NCBI GenBank assembly: GCA_009777735.1
Contig: WRLF01000015.1
Location: 1,135-65,134, forward strand
Length of the DNA stretch: 64,000 bases
Direction: 5' to 3'
Origin: Treponema sp.
Lineage (GTDB): Bacteria; Spirochaetota; Spirochaetia; Treponematales; Breznakiellaceae
Numbering within the stretch: position 1 is the first letter of the stretch; the number at the start of each line of letters is the position of its first letter. The position numbers were made by a program, and so were the translations under genes. Of the stretch, positions 28,911 through 38,987 are shown piece by piece. Below the pieces are notes generated by a model, which saw nothing but the letters and a program-made list of their open reading frames with translations, had not been told where the DNA came from and did not search any database.

Positions 28911-30233
28911 TTACAGTACCGGGAAATACCTGTTCCTGTAAAATTCCTGTTTATCTTCCGCCTTTTCAAACACATCAGCCTCCGCCTGTTTTGCATCCAG
29001 AAATTTATTCAGTAACTCCTCTGAGAGGATTGCTTTTGCAAATTCGCTTTTCCCGGCGCAGCCGACAGCTGTTTTTAAGCTGCCGGGGATCCTCTCTAAA
29101 TTTTTTGTAATAGATTCATCTGCGGTAAACAAATCAACATCAATCGATGAAGGTAATTTTATTTTGTTTTCTATTCCGTCAAGCCCTGCCGAAATAATCA
29201 GCGCAAATGCCAAATAGGGGTTTGCCGACGGATCGGGCGAACGAAGCTCCATTCTGACTCTTTCGCCTGCTGCCGCAGGAATCCGAACAAGCTGTGATCG
29301 GTTATGGGGAGACCATGAAATATATTCAGGCGCTTCAAATTTGCCAAATCTCTCATAAGAATTTGCAGTCGGGTTTAAGAACAATGTGATTTCCCTGATT
29401 TTTGAGAGAATTCCCGCAATAAAACTCTCCGAAACTGCTGAATGTTCTCCTGAAGCCGCATCTCTGAAAATATTACGGCCGTTTTGATTCAACGAAAGAT
29501 TAATGTGCAGTCCGTTACCGGGGGCATCCGGAATTGGTTTTGGCATGAACGACGCAAACAAGCCGTTCTGATCGGCAATCGCCTTGACAACGGCCTTGAA
29601 TGCCTGCAGATTGTCCGCAGCTTCCACAGCATTATTGAATTTAAAATCAATTTCATTTTGACCGGGCCCCTGCTCATGGTGCGACGATTCGGGCTGCATT
29701 CTCATTTCTGCCAATATCTGACATATTTCCCGGCGGATATTTTCTCCCTTGTCAAGCGGTAAAAGATCCATATAACCGCCCTTGTCAAAAGGAGTCAGTG
29801 TAGGATCGCCGTTATCATCTGTTTTAAATAAATAAAATTCACATTCCATCCCAACCTTGCAGGTATATCCCATTTTGTCCGACCGTTCTGCAACATTTTT
29901 CAGAATGGTCCGCCCGTCATGAGAAAAAGCCGTTCCGTTGGGGTTTTTAATATCGCAGTAAAAACGGGCAACCCTGCCGGGACCGGGCCGCCAGGGCAGA
30001 ACATTCAGCGTAACGGGATCCGGATACAGCAATAAATCCGAATCCGTTACACCCTTGAATCCCTTAATAACATGTGCGTTAAAAGAAATGCCGTCTTCAA
30101 ATGCCGTTTCCAGCTCTTCAGGCATAATTGCTATATTTTTCTGCATGCCGAATAAATCGCAAAAAGCCAGGCGGATAAATTTTACATCGTTCTCTTTTAC
30201 AAACGATAAAACTTCCATTGCTGTATTTGTCAT
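28911..30233 (-). CDS. glnA: Glutamine synthetase type I family protein (possibly catalytically degenerate)
   Basis: VKFIRLAFCD, ECEFYLF, HHEQGPGQNEIDF, FMPKP, NRSQLVRIP, ELRSPDPSANPYLA. Confidence 0.85.
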   Translation of the reverse strand: MTNTAMEVLSFVKENDVKFIRLAFCDLFGMQKNIAIMPEELETAFEDGISFNAHVIKGFKGVTDSDLLLYPDPVTLNVLPWRPGPGRVARFYCDIKNPNGTAFSHDGRTILKNVAERSDKMGYTCKVGMECEFYLFKTDDNGDPTLTPFDKGGYMDLLPLDKGENIRREICQILAEMRMQPESSHHEQGPGQNEIDFKFNNAVEAADNLQAFKAVVKAIADQNGLFASFMPKPIPDAPGNGLHINLSLNQNGRNIFRDAASGEHSAVSESFIAGILSKIREITLFLNPTANSYERFGKFEAPEYISWSPHNRSQLVRIPAAAGERVRMELRSPDPSANPYLAFALIISAGLDGIENKIKLPSSIDVDLFTADESITKNLERIPGSLKTAVGCAGKSEFAKAILSEELLNKFLDAKQAEADVFEKAEDKQEFYRNRYFPVL

Positions 30234-30268
30234 GTGTTACCTCTCCCGCCAATAAATGAAAAAATGAG

Positions 30269-31021
30269 TTAAACGTACTCAACTACATCAACAATCCTGC
30301 TTAGAAATGCCAGTTCTTCCCTGTTTCCTTTTACTGATTGGGAAGCGGCGACAATAGGTATCCATTTTTCCGCATATTTTCTTTGAGTACCGGTTTTTTC
30401 ACAGAACCGGTTAAAGTAATATTCGCCGTTTTCTTTTTGATCGGCCAGGAGATATAAAAGATATGTTCTTGCGACGTCCGCCGAAGCGTTGCCCTGTGTT
30501 ACATGAGACCAGTCGATAATATACGGAATGTTATCCGGAGTTATAATAATGTTACTTGCCTGAAAATCGCCGTGACAAACTTTATTGTGCCGGGGCAAAC
30601 CGTTAAGACGGGTCTGCAGCTCGTATTTTATCGTTGGGTCAAAATCAGTGAGCGCTATTTTCCGGAACATTTTATCCCTAAGCCTCGTCAGCAAAGGGCA
30701 ATTTTGCGCATGTATTTTTATTTGCAAATCAATCATCAGATCAATATATTCCGTTGTTTTTCCGGGATTCTCACTTATCAGATCATCAAGTGTTTTTCCT
30801 TCGATAAATTCCAGAATGATAGCCCAGCACCCGTTTATTTTCGTTACTTCAAGTATTTTTGGAATGTGTAATTCCGTATTTTCTTCCACTCTCGCCTGAT
30901 TGAGGGCCTCGTTTAACACGTCAGATTTGGAAAAATCCTCTTTAAAAACTTTTATGACTTTATCGCCATCGCGGTAAATGGTTTTGTTTTTTCTTTTTAC
31001 GATAATATTGTCCAAATTCAT
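30269..31021 (-). CDS. Aminoglycoside-phosphotransferase-like kinase
   Basis: CHGDF.ASNII and IIDW motifs; start ATG 31021 with GAGGTG SD. Confidence 0.8.
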   Translation of the reverse strand: MNLDNIIVKRKNKTIYRDGDKVIKVFKEDFSKSDVLNEALNQARVEENTELHIPKILEVTKINGCWAIILEFIEGKTLDDLISENPGKTTEYIDLMIDLQIKIHAQNCPLLTRLRDKMFRKIALTDFDPTIKYELQTRLNGLPRHNKVCHGDFQASNIIITPDNIPYIIDWSHVTQGNASADVARTYLLYLLADQKENGEYYFNRFCEKTGTQRKYAEKWIPIVAASQSVKGNREELAFLSRIVDVVEYV

Positions 31022-31037
31022 GTCATTACACCTCAAT

Positions 31038-33617
31038 TTACCTGCCATAATAGGCATTTAAATATATTTCCTTCATTTCTTCCATGAGAGGATAACGGGG
31101 ATTAGCGCCCGTACACTGATCATCGAACGCATGTTCAACCATTTCGTCAAGCCGGGAAAGGAAATCATTCTCGGCAATGCCGTAATCCTTTATCGCCGGT
31201 TTAATTTCAATGCTTTCTTTCAGTTCGTTGATTTTATCAATAAGTTTTTCGACTTTTTCAGAATCATTCTTTCCGTCAATACCGATAAAAGAAGCTATTT
31301 CGGCATACCGGGCGGCAGCCTGTGGATATTTGTACTGTGAAAATGCACCCATTTTTTTTGGATTATCCGTTGCGTTATAGCGGATAATATAGTTAATCAA
31401 AAGGGCGTTTGCTACGCCGTGCGGCAGGCTGAAGAAAGCGCCGAGTTTATGCGCCATGGAATGGCAAACGCCCAAAAACGCATTGGCAAAAGCCATACCC
31501 GCAATCGTGGATGCGTTCGCCATTTTTTCCCGTGCTTCTTCGTTTTTGCCATCACTGTAAGCTAGCGGCAAATATTTAAAAATATTTTTGATCGAAGTCA
31601 GCGCCGGGCCGTCTGTATAATCATTGGCAAGAATCGAAACATAAGCTTCCAAAGAATGGGTAAGCGCATCAATACCGGAAGCGGCAGTCAGGCTTTTTGG
31701 CATGTCCATCATTAAGTCAACATCAATAATCGCAATATTCGGCATGAGTTCATAATCGGCAATGGGATATTTTATGCCGGTGGCTTCATCGGTAATAACG
31801 GCAAAAGGCGTAACCTCGCTGCCTGTTCCGGCCGTGGTAGGAATAGCAACAAAATTTGCTTTTTGCCCCATTTTTGGATATGTGTAAATTCTTTTGCGAA
31901 TATCCATAAAACGCATGGCCAAATCGTGGAAGTCAACATCGTGATGTTCATACAGCGTCCACATGATTTTTGCGGCATCCATTGCCGATCCGCCGCCTAA
32001 AGCGACAATGCAGTCCGGTTCAAAATTACGCATTGCCTGTGCTCCTTCTTTTGCCGATCCTAAAGTTGGGTCGGGAAGCACATTAAAAAACGTAAAATGG
32101 TTTATGCCCATTTCATTCAGCTGATCGGTCACGGGCTTTGTATAGTTGTTTTTATATAAAAATTCATCCGTTACAATAAACACTTTTTTCTTGTTATAAA
32201 CCTCTTTCAGCTCGCCCAATGCAACTTTAAGTGACCCCTTCTTAAAATAAATTTTCTGGGGGGTTCTGAACCACAGCATGTTTTCTCTCCTTTCGGCGAC
32301 AGTTTTAATATTCAAAAGATGTTTGACTCCGACATTTTCGGAAACGGAATTCCCTCCCCACGAACCGCATCCAAGCGTTAATGACGGTGCAAGCCTGAAG
32401 TTAAATAAATCACCGATACCGCCATGAGACGACGGAGTATTCACCACAATGCGGCAGGCTTTCATCGCATTTTCAAATTTTGTCAAATCTTCTTTTTCGT
32501 TCGTATCGATATGAATTGACGCCGTATGCCCATACCCGCCGTCTTTTACCAGCCGATCAGCTTTTTCGATTGCTTCGTCAAATGTATTGTACCGGTACAT
32601 GGCCAAAACAGGGGAAAGTTTTTCGTGGGCAAATTCTTCGGACAGATCAACGCTTTCCACCTCACCGATTAAAATTTTCGTATCTTTCGGCACTTTGATA
32701 CCGGCTAATGCTGCGATGGTTTCGGCGGTTTGCCCGACAATTTTTGAATTTAACGCTCCGTTGATAACGATTGTCGTTCTGATTTTTTTGGTTTCATCAG
32801 GGTTCAGAAAATAACAACCCCTGTAAATAAATTCTTTTTTTACAGCGTCATAAATACGGTTATCCGCAATAACAGATTGCTCGGAAGCGCAGATCATGCC
32901 ATTGTCAAATGTTTTCGAAAGAATCACCGAACTGACAGCTGTCGGAATGTCAACCGATGCATGAAAAACAGCCGGAACATTTCCGGCACCAACGCCAATG
33001 GCGGGTTTTCCCGATGAATATGCAGCTTCTACCATGCTGGGGCCGCCTGTTGCCAAAATCAGATCTGCATCCCGCATAACTTCGTTGGAAAGTACGAGAG
33101 AGGGTGTATCAATCCAGCCGATGATTCCTTCCGGTGCGCCGGCTCTGACCGCCGCTTCATAAACAATTTTTGCCGCAGCAACAGTGCTATTTTTTGCCCT
33201 TGGGTGAGGCGCGAGAATGATACCGTTTCTTGTTTTTAGAGAGATGAGGATCTTGAAAATAGCAGTCGACGTAGGGTTTGTCGTGGGAATAATTGCCGCA
33301 ATGACTCCAACGGGCTCGGCAATTTTACGAATACCAAACTGTGTATCTTCTTCGATAAGCCCGCAGGTTTTGGTATCCCTGTATTGATGATAGATATACT
33401 CCGAAGCATAGTGGTTTTTAATTACCTTATCTTCCACAACACCCATGCCTGTTTCTTCAACCGCCATTTTCGCAAGCGGTATTCTGTGCCTGTTTGCCGC
33501 CGTAGCGGCGGCTTTAAAAATCGCATCGGTTTTTTCCTGAGAAAAATGTGCAAAACCCGCCTGGGCTTTGCGAATCTCCGCCATTTTCGCGGTTAATTGA
33601 TCAACATTCTCAACCAT
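31038..33617 (-). CDS. adhE: Bifunctional acetaldehyde-CoA/alcohol dehydrogenase
   Basis: [57 protein letters not shown]; start refined to 33617. Confidence 0.96.
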   Translation of the reverse strand: MVENVDQLTAKMAEIRKAQAGFAHFSQEKTDAIFKAAATAANRHRIPLAKMAVEETGMGVVEDKVIKNHYASEYIYHQYRDTKTCGLIEEDTQFGIRKIAEPVGVIAAIIPTTNPTSTAIFKILISLKTRNGIILAPHPRAKNSTVAAAKIVYEAAVRAGAPEGIIGWIDTPSLVLSNEVMRDADLILATGGPSMVEAAYSSGKPAIGVGAGNVPAVFHASVDIPTAVSSVILSKTFDNGMICASEQSVIADNRIYDAVKKEFIYRGCYFLNPDETKKIRTTIVINGALNSKIVGQTAETIAALAGIKVPKDTKILIGEVESVDLSEEFAHEKLSPVLAMYRYNTFDEAIEKADRLVKDGGYGHTASIHIDTNEKEDLTKFENAMKACRIVVNTPSSHGGIGDLFNFRLAPSLTLGCGSWGGNSVSENVGVKHLLNIKTVAERRENMLWFRTPQKIYFKKGSLKVALGELKEVYNKKKVFIVTDEFLYKNNYTKPVTDQLNEMGINHFTFFNVLPDPTLGSAKEGAQAMRNFEPDCIVALGGGSAMDAAKIMWTLYEHHDVDFHDLAMRFMDIRKRIYTYPKMGQKANFVAIPTTAGTGSEVTPFAVITDEATGIKYPIADYELMPNIAIIDVDLMMDMPKSLTAASGIDALTHSLEAYVSILANDYTDGPALTSIKNIFKYLPLAYSDGKNEEAREKMANASTIAGMAFANAFLGVCHSMAHKLGAFFSLPHGVANALLINYIIRYNATDNPKKMGAFSQYKYPQAAARYAEIASFIGIDGKNDSEKVEKLIDKINELKESIEIKPAIKDYGIAENDFLSRLDEMVEHAFDDQCTGANPRYPLMEEMKEIYLNAYYGR

Positions 33618-33626
33618 AATGATGAA

Positions 33627-33655
33627 ATTGTACGGATTTGTTTTGTTCAAGTCAA
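33627..33655 (-). promoter_or_regulatory. Sigma70 promoter of adhE (near-leaderless)
   Basis: TTGACT-17nt-TACAAT, with the ATG 9 nt downstream and no SD. Confidence 0.6.
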
Positions 33656-33711
33656 GCAAACAAATGTGTATTGACAATCAGGTGTTTTTTTCTGTACAAA
33701 TGTAGTATCGT

Positions 33712-33791
33712 TGAACAAAGGCGTTCATCAGATGATGCGCGAAAAAATTATCTCAGGCAGATGATTCGTATCATGTGGTGAACGCCTTTTT
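33712..33791 (+). promoter_or_regulatory. ANTAR-type hairpin overlapping an intrinsic terminator in the argG leader
   Basis: TGAAC-AAAGGC-GTTCA hexaloop (A1,G4); AAAGGCGTTCATCA pairs with TGGTGAACGCCTTT plus T-tract; TTGACA at 33671. Confidence 0.75.
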
Positions 33792-33816
33792 GTGTATTCT
33801 AATGGAGGCCTTACCA

Positions 33817-35037
33817 ATGAGCAAAAAAATAGTGTTAGCCTATTCCGGCGGCCTGGATACAACGGTAATCATTCCGTGGCTGCGGGAGCATTATGAAGGC
33901 TGCAAAATCATCGCCTGCTGCGCCGATCTTGGGCAATGTGCCGATTATAATGAGCTGGAAGAAAAGGCCATAAAATTAGGAGCCGATAAAGTCCATATTA
34001 TTGATGCCAGAGCAGAGTTTATAACTGATTTTATCTATCCCATGATTAAGGCAAACGCCGTTTACGAGGGAAAATACCTTCTGGGAACATCTGTAGCGCG
34101 CCCTTTAATCGCAAAAAAACTGGTAGATACCGCAATCTCCGAAAGTGCGGATGCGATCTGTCACGGGGCAACAGGCAAGGGCAACGACCAGATACGTTTT
34201 GAACTGACATTTAAAGCTTTTGCGCCGTGGCTGAATATCATCGCGCCGTGGCGTATTTGGGATATACAGTCCCGCGAGGACGCAATGGAGTATCTGCAAA
34301 AGCGCGGAATAGAAGCTCCCATGACAAAAGAGCAGAGCTATAGCCGCGATGAAAATTTGTGGCATTTAAGTCATGAAGGCCTGGAGCTTGAAGACCCCGC
34401 CCTTGAACCTGATTACCGGCATTTGCTGCAATTGACCGTTCCGCCGCAGGACGCTCCCGACACGCACGAGTACGTGGCGCTTGATTTTGAGAAAGGCATT
34501 CCGGTGTCGCTTAACGGTAAAACCCTGCCGCCCGTTGATCTGATAAAGGAGCTGAATACAATTGGCGGCAGGAACGGTGTTGGTATTGCGGACATAGTGG
34601 AAAACCGTGTCGTTGGCATGAAGTCGCGGGGTGTGTACGAGACACCCGGCGGCACTATTCTCTATGCGGCACACACGGAATTGGAAAGCCTGTGCATTGA
34701 CCGGCAGACTGAAGTTTTTAAATCCATGGTCGGGCTGCAGCTTGCCGAGCTTATTTACACCGGTGAATGGTATTCGCCGCTGCGGGAAGCATTGTCGGCG
34801 TTTGTCGACAAAACACAGGAAGTAGTTACAGGGCATGTCCGGTTAAAGCTGTATAAAGGCAATGTCACACCGGCGGGGATTACGTCGCCCTATTCGCTGC
34901 ACAATAAAGAGCTTTCCAGTTTTACAACCGGAGACCTGTATGACCACAAAGATGCGGAAGGATTTATCAATCTGCTGGGGCTTCCAATGACTGTCCGTGC
35001 CTTGATGAAAAAACATAACGAGGAAAAAGGAACATGA
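33817..35037 (+). CDS. argG: Argininosuccinate synthase
   Basis: [33 protein letters not shown]; GGAGG SD before ATG 33817. Confidence 0.97.
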   Translation: MSKKIVLAYSGGLDTTVIIPWLREHYEGCKIIACCADLGQCADYNELEEKAIKLGADKVHIIDARAEFITDFIYPMIKANAVYEGKYLLGTSVARPLIAKKLVDTAISESADAICHGATGKGNDQIRFELTFKAFAPWLNIIAPWRIWDIQSREDAMEYLQKRGIEAPMTKEQSYSRDENLWHLSHEGLELEDPALEPDYRHLLQLTVPPQDAPDTHEYVALDFEKGIPVSLNGKTLPPVDLIKELNTIGGRNGVGIADIVENRVVGMKSRGVYETPGGTILYAAHTELESLCIDRQTEVFKSMVGLQLAELIYTGEWYSPLREALSAFVDKTQEVVTGHVRLKLYKGNVTPAGITSPYSLHNKELSSFTTGDLYDHKDAEGFINLLGLPMTVRALMKKHNEEKGT

Positions 35038-36413
35038 AACTGTGGGGAGGGGTGTTTCTCGGTCAGACAGATGAAGCCGCCGGTTTGTTTCATTCCTCGC
35101 TGCCGTTCGATAAAAGGTTATACAAACATGATATACACGGCAGTATTGCCCACGCCCAGATGCTCGGCAAGCAGGGGATTATCCCCAAGCCGGATGCCAA
35201 AGCAATTGTTAATGCTCTTAACATTATTTTAGCGGAGATTGAAAGCGGTACACTTGTTATCGATGAAACCGCCGAGGATATACACTCGTTTGTCGAGGCG
35301 CAGCTTATTTTGCGTATCGGCGATGCGGGTAGGCGGCTGCATACCGGCAGAAGCCGCAACGACCAGGTAGCTCTGGATATGCGGATGTATGTTAAAGAAG
35401 AAATCGCCTGTGTATGCGCGGGAATAATTGACCTGCTTGAATCGCTTTTATCGACAGCAAAAACCCATACCACAACCATCATGCCCGGGTTTACTCATTT
35501 GCAGAAAGCGCAGCCGGTAACCCTTGCCCATCATCTGTTGGCTTATTTCCACATGTTTAAGCGTGATTACCGCAGGCTGGTGAATTGCTACGAGGGCGCC
35601 GATGCAATGCCCCTTGGTTCGGGCGCGCTTGCTTCGACCACGTATCCCCTTGACAGGGAGTTTGTCAGGAAAAAACTTGGCTTTTCGCGAATTACCGAAA
35701 ACAGCCTCGATGCGGTATCCGACAGAGATTTCTGTGTAGAATTTACTTCGTGCCTGTCCATTATCATGATGCACCTGAGCCGCTTTTGTGAGGAATTAAT
35801 TTTATGGTCTGCCGATGCTTTTGATTTTGTGAAAATTTCAGATGCCTATGCAACAGGTTCTTCGATAATGCCGCAAAAAAAGAATCCCGACATGGCAGAA
35901 CTTATCAGGGGAAAAACGGGCAGAGTCTATGGCAGCCTTATGGGGCTGCTGACTATGATGAAAGGCTTGCCGATGGCGTATAACAAGGATATGCAGGAGG
36001 ATAAGGAAGCCGTTTTCGATGCTGCCGATACAGTCAATTCATGTCTGTCTGTGTTCTGCGCCATGTTTCAAAGCCTGTCATTCAATACGGAAAACATGTA
36101 TAAAAGTGCGCTGGGCGGATATACGAACGCCACTGATGCGGCGGACTGGCTCGTAAAAAAAGGCGTAGCTTTCAGGGATGCCCATGAAATCATCGGCAGG
36201 CTGGTACTCTATGCCATTGAGAAAAATGTCCCGCTCGACAAACTTACTCTTGCCGAATTGAAAAAAGTTTCAGACATTTTTGACGAAACGGTTTTTCACG
36301 CGATTTCGGTGGAGGCCTGTGTCAATGCGAGAAATGTGCCGGGCGGTCCGGCAGAAAGTGCGGTATTAAAAGAAATAAAAAATTCACAAAAATTTTTAGC
36401 CAGTGTGAGATGA
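35034..36413 (+). CDS. argH: Argininosuccinate lyase
   Basis: [31 protein letters not shown]. Confidence 0.97.
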   Translation: MKLWGGVFLGQTDEAAGLFHSSLPFDKRLYKHDIHGSIAHAQMLGKQGIIPKPDAKAIVNALNIILAEIESGTLVIDETAEDIHSFVEAQLILRIGDAGRRLHTGRSRNDQVALDMRMYVKEEIACVCAGIIDLLESLLSTAKTHTTTIMPGFTHLQKAQPVTLAHHLLAYFHMFKRDYRRLVNCYEGADAMPLGSGALASTTYPLDREFVRKKLGFSRITENSLDAVSDRDFCVEFTSCLSIIMMHLSRFCEELILWSADAFDFVKISDAYATGSSIMPQKKNPDMAELIRGKTGRVYGSLMGLLTMMKGLPMAYNKDMQEDKEAVFDAADTVNSCLSVFCAMFQSLSFNTENMYKSALGGYTNATDAADWLVKKGVAFRDAHEIIGRLVLYAIEKNVPLDKLTLAELKKVSDIFDETVFHAISVEACVNARNVPGGPAESAVLKEIKNSQKFLASVR

Positions 36414-36420
36414 TTAAGAT

Positions 36421-37272
36421 ATGTCTGCTAATGTACGGTTTATCGGCACGGAACAAATTACCCAGGCTGTCGCCGAACTGTGCATAAAAGCCAACACCTG
36501 CATAGGCGATGATATCCTTGCGGCATTGACAAAAGCGAAGAAAACAGAAACATCGCTGCTCGCTCAAACAACACTGGACAGGATTCTGGAAAATGCTGCC
36601 GTTGCCGCACGGGAGCAATTGCCCATTTGTCAGGATACCGGCATGGCAGTGATATTTGTCTCAATCGGATCGAATGTTCATATTAACGGTGATATAACCG
36701 AAGCGATAAACGAAGGCGTGCGGCGGGGATACCAAGAAGGCTATTGCAGAAACAGCGTGGTGGAGGATCCCGTTAACCGCGTGAATACGGGCGATAACAC
36801 ACCCGCAGTTATTTATTACGATTTTATTCCGGGAGATACATTGCGTATAACCGTTGTGCCAAAGGGTTTTGGCAGTGAGAATATGAGCGCCATCTGTATG
36901 TTAAACCCGTCCGACGGTCTTTCCGGAGCGGAGGATTTTATTATTGAGACCGTAAAAGCTGCCGATGCAAACCCCTGTCCGCCCATCATCGTGGGCATTG
37001 GGATAGGCGGAACCATGGACAAAGCCGCCCTGATGGCAAAACAAGCGTTGTTACGAGAGGTAAGCAGCGTTCACCCCGATCCATTGTGGGCGGATGTTGA
37101 AGCGCGGCTGCTTGAGCGAATAAACGCCCTGGATATTGGCCCTGCCGGTTTCGGCGGCAAAACGACTGCGCTTGGCGTGCATATTCTTGCCTTTCCCACG
37201 CATATTGCCGGATTGCCGGTTGCGGTTAACATCGGCTGCCACGCTACGCGGCACCGAACGGCGGTATTATGA
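36421..37272 (+). CDS. Class I fumarate hydratase alpha subunit
   Basis: PICQDTG, KGFGSEN, NPCPP, PTHIAGLPVAVNIGCHA. Confidence 0.9.
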   Translation: MSANVRFIGTEQITQAVAELCIKANTCIGDDILAALTKAKKTETSLLAQTTLDRILENAAVAAREQLPICQDTGMAVIFVSIGSNVHINGDITEAINEGVRRGYQEGYCRNSVVEDPVNRVNTGDNTPAVIYYDFIPGDTLRITVVPKGFGSENMSAICMLNPSDGLSGAEDFIIETVKAADANPCPPIIVGIGIGGTMDKAALMAKQALLREVSSVHPDPLWADVEARLLERINALDIGPAGFGGKTTALGVHILAFPTHIAGLPVAVNIGCHATRHRTAVL

Positions 37273-37793
37273 AAAAAATCACAACCCCTCTTTCTGACGA
37301 GACAATAAAAAACCTGCATGCAGGCGATCAAGTGTTGTTGTCAGGCGACATCTACACAGGCAGGGATGCTGCGCACAAACGATTGATTGAACTGCTCGCT
37401 GAAGGAAAGCCCATGCCTTTTGATTTTCGCGGGCAAGCGGTTTATTATACCGGCCCATGCCCTGCGCCCCCCGGACGGGCCATCGGTTCAGTCGGGCCTA
37501 CCACAAGCCAGCGAATGGATTCATACGCCCCCCGGCTGATACAGGAAGGACTGCGCATAATGATTGGTAAAGGGAACAGAAGCAAACAGGTGATTGAACC
37601 GATTCGCGAATTTTCAGGAGTGTATTTCGCTGCAATTGGCGGCGCCGGCGCTTTAATGGCGCTGTGTGTTGACCGTGCAGAAATAGTTGCATTTAACGAT
37701 CTGGGGCCGGAGGCAATATACCGGCTTACCGTCCGTGACATGCCGCTGACCGTTGCCATAGATTGCACCGGTAGTAACATATACGAGAGATAA
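37269..37793 (+). CDS. Class I fumarate hydratase beta subunit
   Basis: TGRDAAHKR, GPTTS.RMD, MIGKG, DLGPEAI. Confidence 0.9.
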   Translation: MKKITTPLSDETIKNLHAGDQVLLSGDIYTGRDAAHKRLIELLAEGKPMPFDFRGQAVYYTGPCPAPPGRAIGSVGPTTSQRMDSYAPRLIQEGLRIMIGKGNRSKQVIEPIREFSGVYFAAIGGAGALMALCVDRAEIVAFNDLGPEAIYRLTVRDMPLTVAIDCTGSNIYER

Positions 37794-37811
37794 GACAGGA
37801 GAATTATCATA

Positions 37812-38987
37812 ATGGATTACGCTGCAGAATCATTGAAAAAACATTTTGAATGGCGGGGAAAAATCGAGGTTATCAGCAGAGTTCCCGTTACCACCCGCAA
37901 TGACTTGTCTCTGGCGTACACACCCGGAGTTGCTGAACCATGCCTTGCCATTAAAAACGATATTAACAAAAGCTACACACTGACCCGGCGTTCAGATATA
38001 GTCGCCATTGTCACCGATGGCACGGCAGTATTGGGGTTGGGTGATATTGGGCCGGAAGCCGCCATGCCGGTTATGGAAGGGAAAGCGGTTCTGTTTAAAG
38101 AGCTAGGAGGTGTGGATGCCGTTCCGCTGTGCATTCGCTCGCACGATGTTGATGAAATCGTCAATACGGTGCGCTTGCTGGCCGGCAGTTTTGGAGGAAT
38201 CAATCTCGAGGATATATCCGCGCCCCGGTGCTTCGAAATTGAACAGCGGTTGAAAGAATGCTGCGACATTCCCATTTTCCATGACGACCAGCACGGTACG
38301 GCAATTGTCACACTTGCAGCAGTGTTGAATGCCCTGCGCCTGACCGGAAAAAAAATGGGCGAAGTTTCCGCTGTTATAAACGGTGCGGGCGCGGCGGGTA
38401 TCGCAACATCCCGATTGTTGTACAATTCGGGAATGAAGAATATCATCCTGTGCGACCGTCAGGGGGCGATATATACAGGCCGAATCAATTTGAACACAGA
38501 GAAACAGCAGATAGCGGAAACGACCAATCCCGAAAACCGCAAAGGAACACTTGCGGATGTGATGGCCGGCACGGATATTTTTATCGGCCTGTCTGCGCCG
38601 GGGTGTGTCACCCAGGCGATGGTGGAGAGCATGAACAAAAACCCCGTTGTCTTTCCCATGGCAAACCCGACTCCCGAAATTATGCCGGATCTGGCAAAAG
38701 CGGGCGGCGCGGTTATTGTCGGGACAGGGCGCAGTGATTTTCCCAACCAGGTAAACAACGCGCTTGCTTTTCCGGGTGTCATGCGGGGAGCGCTTGATGC
38801 GCGCGCATGTGACATCAACGAAGCAATGAAAATAGCTGCTGCACAAGCCATTGCCGAATATATTACTGATGATCAATTAAAAGATGAATATATAATACCA
38901 AACCCATTGGACAGGTCTGTTGCAGCTGCCGTAGCCAAAGCCACAGCCAATGCTGCTGCAGACAGTGGAGTAACACGTGATTTTTGA
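37812..38987 (+). CDS. NAD(P)-dependent malic enzyme
   Basis: LAYTPGVA, DGTAVLGLG, FHDDQHGTA, GAGAAG, TGRSDFPNQVNN. Confidence 0.93.
   Translation: MDYAAESLKKHFEWRGKIEVISRVPVTTRNDLSLAYTPGVAEPCLAIKNDINKSYTLTRRSDIVAIVTDGTAVLGLGDIGPEAAMPVMEGKAVLFKELGGVDAVPLCIRSHDVDEIVNTVRLLAGSFGGINLEDISAPRCFEIEQRLKECCDIPIFHDDQHGTAIVTLAAVLNALRLTGKKMGEVSAVINGAGAAGIATSRLLYNSGMKNIILCDRQGAIYTGRINLNTEKQQIAETTNPENRKGTLADVMAGTDIFIGLSAPGCVTQAMVESMNKNPVVFPMANPTPEIMPDLAKAGGAVIVGTGRSDFPNQVNNALAFPGVMRGALDARACDINEAMKIAAAQAIAEYITDDQLKDEYIIPNPLDRSVAAAVAKATANAAADSGVTRDF

Noticed and set aside
30234-30268. ANTAR element upstream of type I glnA (and of gdhA)
   Set aside because: No hexaloop hairpin or terminator found in these spacers.
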